Shown piece after piece: positions 1 through 6,166 of a stretch of DNA of 9,921 nt. Positions within the stretch are counted from its first letter, which is position 1, and every line of letters starts with the position of its first letter. The stretch lies in assembly GCA_036845085.1 (NCBI GenBank), contig DAIUEN010000021.1:1-9921 (forward strand), given 5' to 3'. The notes beneath the pieces are model-generated. The model was not told the origin of the DNA and did not search any database. It saw only the letters and a list, made by a program, of their open reading frames with translations. Position numbers and translations under genes: made by a program. The stretch comes from Candidatus Nanopusillus sp. GTDB lineage: Archaea; Nanobdellota; Nanobdellia; Nanobdellales; Nanobdellaceae.

Positions 1-40
1 CTATTATAGTTCAAATAATATATCTCTCAAATTTGTTAAT

Positions 41-1336
41 ATGAACGGATATTACTTAGATCCTTATTCAATATATGTATATAATAAATATATGGTGCCT
101 ATTTCAATAAATTATTTAAATGTAAGCTATAACTATAGCGGTACATCATTTTATCCAATATTAAATATCTCTCTAAATTTAAGTAATTACTTGGGACCTA
201 TATTTATAGTTTTAAGATTTACCAGTGATCAAAATTTCTTAAAAAATTTATATAAAAATAGATATTCATTTTTAAATTATATTCCATCTAACGAATCAGA
301 ATATATATTAAATCCTATAGGATGGCAAACAATTTATATATCTAGCCAATGCTTAAATAATTCTTATGCCATAAAATTTAATACAGGACAAGAATTTTTT
401 AATTTAACAAGCAGTAGTAATTATCCTCCTTCTCTTTGTGGGAATATTAATATAACTGCTGTAGCTTGGATAGAAATCAATGATTATTATTATTCATCAT
501 GTGCTGATGGAGAAAATTATATTTCAGCATTAAGACATCAATATGTTAATACACCTTTAGATACAAATGGTTCTACATTTAGGCCAATTATAATCCCAAA
601 TAATAATAAATATTACCTTGGAATAGATATTTCCCATGCAATAGGAATTTTAAATAATTATACATTACCTTTTAATCAGACAATAATGGCTTTTTGGATA
701 TATAATTCTTCTGATGGAAAATTTTATGGTGGATTTGTAGACGAATATGGTATATATTATGGACAAATAGAAAACTATAAATCATGGATACTATCACCTC
801 TAAATATTAATTGTTCTTTGAATATGGACATTTTAGTTGGCGGGATTGGATATACTATTTGTAGTTTTAAGGGAAAGATATATGAATTGGCATTTTATAA
901 TAAGGTCCTTTCTATGAATGACATAATTAATTTATATTATTCTAAAAATCTTCTATATTATGATCCAGTCATTTATTATAATGCGATGGATTATGATCCA
1001 TATTCAGGAATATTGTATTCACCCATAAATCAAAATTTAAGTTTAAAAGCGTATAATAATCCACAAAAAATAAAAACATATCCACCACAAGCTAGTATTA
1101 TTGTTTATTATAATATCCCACCAAATTATCAAATAAATGTTGTAGGATCTAATATTAGTAAAAATAATTGTTATCCTATTAATGCAAGGTACTATAAAGA
1201 GTTTGTGCCAGTATTTTATTATCCTTTTTGGAGATATTTTAGTAATTTGCCTGTTCCAAAACCATCTGATCATACTGGGGAGACATTCTTCTTATATGGC
1301 GCAGGTTTTAGTAGAATAACTACTTATGTTTCGTAG
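41..1336 (+). CDS. Predicted extracellular or surface glycoprotein with a LamG (concanavalin-A-like) domain; possibly 5'-partial
   Basis: A 431-codon ORF is significant in a ~23% GC background where stop codons are frequent. The frame stays open from nt 2 to the ATG at 41 (..YYSSNNISLKFVN-M..), so the true start may lie left of the window. I count about 15 N-x-S/T sequons. The protein is Tyr/Asn-rich and has no hydrophobic signal peptide after M41. LamG-like strings are NNSYAIKFNTGQEFFNL, NITAVAWIE and FKGKIYELAFYNKVLSMNDIINLYY. Confidence 0.7.
   Translation: MNGYYLDPYSIYVYNKYMVPISINYLNVSYNYSGTSFYPILNISLNLSNYLGPIFIVLRFTSDQNFLKNLYKNRYSFLNYIPSNESEYILNPIGWQTIYISSQCLNNSYAIKFNTGQEFFNLTSSSNYPPSLCGNINITAVAWIEINDYYYSSCADGENYISALRHQYVNTPLDTNGSTFRPIIIPNNNKYYLGIDISHAIGILNNYTLPFNQTIMAFWIYNSSDGKFYGGFVDEYGIYYGQIENYKSWILSPLNINCSLNMDILVGGIGYTICSFKGKIYELAFYNKVLSMNDIINLYYSKNLLYYDPVIYYNAMDYDPYSGILYSPINQNLSLKAYNNPQKIKTYPPQASIIVYYNIPPNYQINVVGSNISKNNCYPINARYYKEFVPVFYYPFWRYFSNLPVPKPSDHTGETFFLYGAGFSRITTYVS
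338..940 (+). other. LamG / ConA-like lectin-fold domain region within the first ORF (approximate boundaries)
   Basis: The order of motifs matches the Laminin_G_3 pattern as I remember it: 'g..AlkFdG...v.l' = NNSYAIKFNTGQEFFNL; 'ftvsaWv' = NITAVAWIE; 'W.hv..t.d...g...lYvDG' = FWIYNSSDGKFYGGFVDE; terminal 'F.G.IDEVRIYNRALS..EI..LY' = FKGKIYELAFYNKVLSMNDIINLYY (nt 869-940). Confidence 0.5.
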
Positions 1337-2225
1337 CCAGCTATATCTATATACTGCTATAGTAATACTTCTATCTATATATTTTTTAATATATAATTTA
1401 TCACTATTCGAAAAAGAATTACAGAAGTATTACACAGTTTATTCTTCATATGGAATGATACACATTTTATTAGGATTAAATGATATATTTCAAAATTATT
1501 TAAATCTCTACGGGTCGACTGTAATACCAATTTCTGTTGTATATAATTGTTCTCATAATCTAATAAAGATTCCAAATTATTTCAAAGATACTAAAGTAAT
1601 TGTATTAGACTACAATTTTAACTATTTACCTGTTTATACTTCAATATCTGAAGTATCTTTCTATGTTTCAGAATCGGAAAGCAAACAATATTTATATAGT
1701 GATTTATGCTTATTTAATGGATATTTAGCATATAATCCAAAGTTTAACATTTCTATATGGAAAAATGGTAGTCCAGTAACTTATATATATTTTAATAATA
1801 ATTCTATTTTTACTATAGATGAAAAAACTTTAAAAAACATGAAACTATTATTTTCAGAAAGCGATATATCTCTTAGCTATGATATAAATTCTGGTTGTTT
1901 AGTAGGAATAATTAAATCCGTAGATTTAAAATATCCAATGCCAACTAACAATATATATTACTTAAATATACAAAATATATCTAGAAATACAACACATTTA
2001 ATTATAAGATTTAATTATACAAATCCTGTTTGCAAATTAGATTTAAATAAAGTCTATTATATATTGAATGATAACTATTACAGGTTTAATGTTACTTTTA
2101 GTGCATATAATAAAAGTTTAGTTAATCCCTGGACAGATTTTACAATTTATATACCGTACTCTGATAATATATCGAGGTTTTGTATATATTCGCTAGGTAT
2201 TATGAAATGTTTTAATGTTACTTAA
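1326..2225 (+). CDS. Predicted membrane-anchored or secreted sequon-rich glycoprotein of unknown family
   Basis: This 299-codon ORF overlaps the upstream ORF by 11 nt (ATGTTTCGTAG), which suggests translational coupling. The N-terminus MFRSQLYLYTAIVILLSIYFLIYNL is a short charged head followed by a ~20-aa hydrophobic segment. I count about 12 N-x-S/T sequons (NLS, NCS, NIS, NGS, NNS, NIS, NTT, NYT, NVT, NKS, NIS, NVT). I recognise no catalytic motif. Confidence 0.7.
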   Translation: MFRSQLYLYTAIVILLSIYFLIYNLSLFEKELQKYYTVYSSYGMIHILLGLNDIFQNYLNLYGSTVIPISVVYNCSHNLIKIPNYFKDTKVIVLDYNFNYLPVYTSISEVSFYVSESESKQYLYSDLCLFNGYLAYNPKFNISIWKNGSPVTYIYFNNNSIFTIDEKTLKNMKLLFSESDISLSYDINSGCLVGIIKSVDLKYPMPTNNIYYLNIQNISRNTTHLIIRFNYTNPVCKLDLNKVYYILNDNYYRFNVTFSAYNKSLVNPWTDFTIYIPYSDNISRFCIYSLGIMKCFNVT

Positions 2226-2944
2226 AATTCTCTACAATCTTGATAGGGATATGATATTATATAAAATCCTTTTGTGAAATAATCTCTCTTTTTTGCAAGT
2301 CTAGTTCTTTCGATTTGTTCAAATAAAATTTTTTCCATATATTTTATACTCCATGGTATCTTTAATATTTTATAAAAAGATAATATTTGATACCTATCTG
2401 GTACTTCATATCCTTTTGAAGCAAAAGAACCTATTATTAATTTTAGATCTTTTTTTACTCCAAATTTAATAAATTCTTTAATAGCATAAAATTTTGATAT
2501 ATCTTTTTTTATGTTACTTATAGAAAAAAGGAAAGATAATTTATTATTTTTCATAATCTTTATAGATTTATAACTTAAACCATTGAATTTATATTTTTTA
2601 TCTATAGAAACAAAATCATATACTCCGTTATAGAAATATTTCCTTGATATATATTCATTAAAATTAAGATCTCTACCCCTTATGAATATTAGATCATTGT
2701 AATATTTTTCGGAATAAAATAATTCATTAGATATCTCTAAACTTTTTTTTGGATCTTCATTATTTACAATAGCGCAATAAAAGACATTTAATCTTTTAAA
2801 ATATATCATATTATTTAGTTTAAATATGCTTAGATCTTCTTTATCAAAAACTTCATAACACAAAACAACATTTTTTATTTTGTTTTTATAATATTCTAAT
2901 AATAATTTTTCTTCGTTGTCTTTTGGATAGGCAAAATCATACAT
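2222..2944 (-). CDS. Putative RNase P protein component 3 (Rpp30-like TIM-barrel), highly divergent
   Basis: The 240-aa length fits archaeal Rpp30. It aligns by eye to remembered Rpp30 sequences: N-terminal MYDFAYP..(E/K-rich helix)..NVVLCYEV versus human FADLDL...YSVVAINHIV; LIFIRGRDLNFNEYISRKY versus ILIEGG.L.INRAAVE; NGLSYKSIKIMKNNKLSFLFSISNI versus SGIDHVLARLA..N.VA.E..F..LL; KLIIGSFASKGYEVPDRYQILSFYKIL versus ..VISS.AE....IR.PYD...L. The call comes from memory-based alignment only. Confidence 0.45.
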   Translation of the reverse strand: MYDFAYPKDNEEKLLLEYYKNKIKNVVLCYEVFDKEDLSIFKLNNMIYFKRLNVFYCAIVNNEDPKKSLEISNELFYSEKYYNDLIFIRGRDLNFNEYISRKYFYNGVYDFVSIDKKYKFNGLSYKSIKIMKNNKLSFLFSISNIKKDISKFYAIKEFIKFGVKKDLKLIIGSFASKGYEVPDRYQILSFYKILKIPWSIKYMEKILFEQIERTRLAKKRDYFTKGFYIISYPYQDCREF

Positions 2945-2972
2945 TAATTTTATTTGTTATAAAAATTGAAAA

Positions 2973-2980
2973 ATATAAAA
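2973..2980 (-). promoter_or_regulatory. Candidate TATA box (TTTTATAT on the minus strand) for the Rpp30-like gene
   Basis: It lies 29-36 nt upstream of the ATG at 2944 in the 40-nt spacer after the zinc-ribbon ORF. That spacing fits an archaeal leaderless or near-leaderless start. The AT-rich background makes chance matches likely. Confidence 0.3.
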
Positions 2981-2984
2981 TATT

Positions 2985-3173
2985 TTAAATTTTGCCTTTA
3001 GCTATTTTTAAATTTTCTATATTTTCAAAATTATTCCATAAATATTCTACTTTCTCCGAGACTATATGTGGTTGCCCTATATATCCACATTTTCCACAAG
3101 TCCATACATTAGCATTTGGATATAGTGGTACTATTGTATCTTCGTGACACATTGGGCATATGTATCGTGCCAT
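2985..3173 (-). CDS. Small zinc-ribbon protein (C-x2-C-x16-C-x2-C), function unknown
   Basis: The 62-aa ORF begins MARYICPMCHEDTIVPLYPNANVWTCGKCGYIG, with four Cys in two knuckles at residues 6, 9, 26 and 29. It is flanked by its own spacers, each with a TATA-like box. The N-terminal pattern and Cys spacing recall the Rpo12/RpoP-type ribbon, but the basic tail expected after the second knuckle is absent. Confidence 0.6.
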   Translation of the reverse strand: MARYICPMCHEDTIVPLYPNANVWTCGKCGYIGQPHIVSEKVEYLWNNFENIENLKIAKGKI

Positions 3174-3195
3174 ATATTACTAAACATCTTACTAA

Positions 3196-3203
3196 TATAT
3201 AAA
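3196..3203 (-). promoter_or_regulatory. Candidate TATA box (TTTATATA on the minus strand) for the zinc-ribbon ORF
   Basis: It lies 23-30 nt upstream of the ATG at 3173 within the 53-nt spacer after bud32. No Shine-Dalgarno-like purine run lies between it and the ATG. Confidence 0.35.
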
Positions 3204-3226
3204 CATAAGATATTTAATATAGATAA

Positions 3227-3961
3227 TCAATATAAGATATTTTTATATCTTCCCCTATTTTCCACAATCTTTAATCTTTTTAGTACTTCTTTTGCTTTTT
3301 CGTAAGAACTAACGTATCCCTCAAAAAATGAATTAAAGTATTCTAATATTCTCCAATGTTTAGATTCGTATGATTCTTTAAATATATGTATATCTACAGC
3401 CTTATCTTCGATTCTAGATGATATAAAGCTTAGACCAAAGTCAATAAAATATATATTATTATTATTAATTATCATATTAGAAGTTGTAAGATCATAATGA
3501 ATTATATCATTATTATGCATAATACCAACATATTTTCCAATTTCGAATAATATGTTTCTGATGTTTTTGTCGTCTAATTGTTCTATAATATTAGATAATT
3601 TTTCTCCCTCTATATATTCCATAATCAGTATTCCATAATCCTCATCAGAGTATATAACTTTCGGTACATTTATAATTGTATATAATTTTTCCAGAATTTT
3701 TTTTTCAATTCTTGTTCTATATTTTCTAAATTGTTTGTCTATTAGATAATGTCTATATCTTTTCATAAATCTTATTTTTAAAATCAAATTTTCTTTTTCA
3801 TATTCTATTTTTATATGGTAATCTTTAGGTATATCTAACTCTGCAAGATTTTTTAGTGCTTTATGATCAAATGTAAATAAATATTTATTATCAACTTTTT
3901 GGTTGGATTTAACTAAAAATATTTTGGCTTCGGCTCCAAAGCCTATTAGTGTATATTCCAT
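3227..3961 (-). CDS. bud32: Bud32/PRPK-type atypical protein kinase, KEOPS complex subunit (tRNA t6A37 pathway)
   Basis: Bud32 signatures are present: glycine-rich loop IGFGAEAKIF, ILKIRFMKRYRHYLIDKQFRKYRTRIEKKIL (K.R..K.YRHP.LD..LR..RT..EA pattern), catalytic loop HYDLTTSNMII, FIDFGLS, and EDKAVDIHIF (EDKAVDL pattern). The protein is small (244 aa), as expected for this truncated kinase family. Confidence 0.9.
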   Translation of the reverse strand: MEYTLIGFGAEAKIFLVKSNQKVDNKYLFTFDHKALKNLAELDIPKDYHIKIEYEKENLILKIRFMKRYRHYLIDKQFRKYRTRIEKKILEKLYTIINVPKVIYSDEDYGILIMEYIEGEKLSNIIEQLDDKNIRNILFEIGKYVGIMHNNDIIHYDLTTSNMIINNNNIYFIDFGLSFISSRIEDKAVDIHIFKESYESKHWRILEYFNSFFEGYVSSYEKAKEVLKRLKIVENRGRYKNILY

Positions 3962-3962
3962 T

Positions 3963-4730
3963 TTACTTTTTGTTTATTTTATCAACGAGATCTATAAAGA
4001 ACTTTTTATATTCTATAGCTTTAGCGTGGAGCTCTTTTATATCATTTAAATCTATATTAGTTATTTCTTTATATTCTACTTTTTTTACGTAGTTGTATAT
4101 TTCTATGAAAATATCTATTATTTTTTTAGGAATCTTATATTTTTTCCTATTTTCTTCTAATTTTATCGGAATTTCGTCTACACCAATAGGTTCTTGATTT
4201 ATAGAAGAAAAGAAATAGTGAGAAGAGTCAACAACAATATTTAAAATAGATTCTAAAGCTTTTTTTATGTACAAATCATATAGATTCTCATGATATTCTA
4301 TTCTCTTTTTTATTATGTGCAAAGATTCAGGAGTATTTCTAATAATTCCTTTTTCTAATAAAAGTTGGAAAGATTTAAACATTCCCATTGGATCTATTAT
4401 TGGCTTTCCAGATTTTAATATCTTCAGTATAAGAGGATCTCCATAATATAACATTTCCCAGAATTTTGATAAGGTTATTGTAGTTGGGTGTATTTTTCTA
4501 TATTTTTCATTAGATAACACTTTATTAAGATTATCTAAATAAAACTGTATAGATATGTTTGCATTTTCAGCATAAACATCATCAACTAATATTAAAACAT
4601 CAATATCAGATTTTTCTTTATCTTTATTTTCAGCATAAGATCCAAATAAGATAATAGATTTTACTATTCCATCTACTTTCTCGATCAAATCTTTAGAAAA
4701 GTCCAAGATAATTTCTGTTAGATTATTCAT
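3963..4730 (-). CDS. Pol-beta-superfamily (minimal) nucleotidyltransferase fused to a C-terminal helical HEPN/KNTase_C-like domain; substrate unknown
   Basis: The NTase motif hG[GS]-x10-D-h-D is present as ILFGSYAENKDKEKSDIDVLILVDD (G30-S31, D42, D44). It is followed by ..GDPLILKILKSGKPIIDPMGMF, typical of the end of the NTase fold, and then ~120 aa predicted to be all-helical. The total of 255 aa matches the two-domain kanamycin-NTase-like layout. The stop codon lies 1 nt from the bud32 ATG and the start lies 14 nt after the pheS stop. Confidence 0.8.
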   Translation of the reverse strand: MNNLTEIILDFSKDLIEKVDGIVKSIILFGSYAENKDKEKSDIDVLILVDDVYAENANISIQFYLDNLNKVLSNEKYRKIHPTTITLSKFWEMLYYGDPLILKILKSGKPIIDPMGMFKSFQLLLEKGIIRNTPESLHIIKKRIEYHENLYDLYIKKALESILNIVVDSSHYFFSSINQEPIGVDEIPIKLEENRKKYKIPKKIIDIFIEIYNYVKKVEYKEITNIDLNDIKELHAKAIEYKKFFIDLVDKINKK

Positions 4731-4744
4731 AATAATTATTATTT

Positions 4745-6166
4745 TTAAATATCTTTTAAATTTAAATCTCTCGTATGAAGTTCTCTTATGTCTTTAATAT
4801 TTAATGATATCATTGCTAACCTATCGATACCTATTCCCCACGCAAGAACAGGGTAATTTATATTAAAAGGTTTTAATAATTCTTCTCTAAATACTCCTGC
4901 ACCACCTACTTCTATCCATCCTAATTCCTTATGTTCAGCATATATTTCTACAGACGGTTCTGTAAATGGAAAGAATGCTGGATAAAACTTAACATTCTTT
5001 GCTTTTACTACATTTACTATTAAATCTTTTAGTATTCCTAATAAATCAACAAATGTTATATCTTCATCTAATATTATTCCTTCTAATTGATTAAATTCAA
5101 TAAAGTGTTTCGCGTCTATTGTATCATATCTAAACACTTTTTCTATTAAAAAATATTTTCCTGGTTTTTTTGCCTTTAAAAGAGTCCTTGCTGAAATTGC
5201 AGTAATATGAGAAATTAACATTGGTTTATATGCAGCTTTATCATCAAATATTCTAAAATATTTGATATGAGTATTTTTAACCCTTTCTAGTAAATCTTCA
5301 GGAAAATCTGGCAAAACTTCTATACCTTTTATATAATATGCATCCATTAAAGATATATCTCCTGCTGGATGATCTTGTGGCACAAATAAAGAATCTAAGT
5401 CCCAAAAATGAGATATAATCATATTATAATCTTCCATTTCTTCGAATCCCATCGATATAAGTTCTTCTCTGATATTATCTAAAAATAATAAATATTTATT
5501 TTTTTTGCCGATTTCTTCTGGAGGTACTTTTATATGTATATCATATGGTTTAAATTTCTTATTTTTGTATAATCTTTTTTCAATTACTTCTCTGTTGTAT
5601 TCTTTTATATAATCTTCTGGATTATATGATGATAAAAATTTAAGTCCATCTTCGGAAATTTTAGCATAATACATCACTTCTTCTTTTATGTCTACTATGT
5701 TTTTTCTGTTTATAAATTCTTTTATCTCATCTTCATTATATTTACCATCCTTTATTTTATTTAGAACTTCTTGTTTTATTTCTACATCTTTTATATATAT
5801 TACTTTTCCATTTTCTATTTTTACTCCGCCATTTTTTCTTAAATATCCTAATGCAAAGTTTAGTTCATCCGATTTAAATATTTTTTTCAATTCTTCCAAT
5901 CCCACCTCTTTTCTTTCTTTTATATATTCTAATAGTCTTTTTTCTGGTAATCCCTTTTTAATATATTCTTCTCCAAGATTTGTTAATATATATCTTTTTA
6001 TTCTTTCTTCTTTTAGTTCAATTAATTTCTTTTCTTTTAAGAAACCTAAAGCTCTTAATATTTTATATTCATCTATATTGGTTTTAGTGGAGATTTCTTT
6101 TATACTTAAATATTTATTTTCTTCAGAAAGCAATTTTAATATAATATATTCGGTTTCAGATATCAT
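4745..6166 (-). CDS. pheS: Phenylalanyl-tRNA synthetase alpha subunit (archaeal/eukaryotic type)
   Basis: Class II motifs are present: FRYDTIDAKHFIEFNQLEG (motif 2) and VLAWGIGIDRLAMI (motif 3). The long N-terminal region of repeated winged-helix-like segments (LSIKEISTKTNIDEYKILRALGFLKEKKLIE..) is typical of archaeal PheS. The gene overlaps pheT by 11 nt. Confidence 0.95.
   Translation of the reverse strand: MISETEYIILKLLSEENKYLSIKEISTKTNIDEYKILRALGFLKEKKLIELKEERIKRYILTNLGEEYIKKGLPEKRLLEYIKERKEVGLEELKKIFKSDELNFALGYLRKNGGVKIENGKVIYIKDVEIKQEVLNKIKDGKYNEDEIKEFINRKNIVDIKEEVMYYAKISEDGLKFLSSYNPEDYIKEYNREVIEKRLYKNKKFKPYDIHIKVPPEEIGKKNKYLLFLDNIREELISMGFEEMEDYNMIISHFWDLDSLFVPQDHPAGDISLMDAYYIKGIEVLPDFPEDLLERVKNTHIKYFRIFDDKAAYKPMLISHITAISARTLLKAKKPGKYFLIEKVFRYDTIDAKHFIEFNQLEGIILDEDITFVDLLGILKDLIVNVVKAKNVKFYPAFFPFTEPSVEIYAEHKELGWIEVGGAGVFREELLKPFNINYPVLAWGIGIDRLAMISLNIKDIRELHTRDLNLKDI

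Noticed and set aside
1043-1273. 76-aa minus-strand ORF antisense to ORF1
   Set aside because: It is a shadow ORF inside a much longer coding frame, with an I/W/F-rich nonsense-like sequence and no recognisable domain.
1375-1575. 66-aa minus-strand ORF antisense to ORF2
   Set aside because: It is a short shadow ORF wholly inside the 299-codon plus-strand ORF and has no supporting signal.
3642-3648. CTGATGA on the minus strand (C-box/D-box-like) as a possible C/D box sRNA
   Set aside because: It lies inside bud32 coding sequence (encoding ..YSDEDYG..). I found no partner C'/D' boxes or terminal stem at suitable spacing.
4320-4345. R-x6-H string (RNTPESLH) in the NTase fusion protein as a possible HEPN RNase active site; coordinates approximate
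   Set aside because: It lies at the boundary between the NTase fold and the helical domain, not in the late helix where the HEPN Rx4-6H motif normally sits. The expected position reads YVKKVEYKE. A match to such a short motif is likely chance, so I do not call it a toxin-type RNase.
4754-4767. TATA-like ATTTAAATTTAAAA (minus strand) in the last codons of pheS, ~30 nt upstream of the NTase ATG, as an internal promoter; there is a similar TTTATAGA around 3989-3996 upstream of bud32
   Set aside because: The spacing is plausible. However, TATA-like strings occur every few dozen bases in this composition, so these cannot be told apart from background without TSS data. I left them unannotated.
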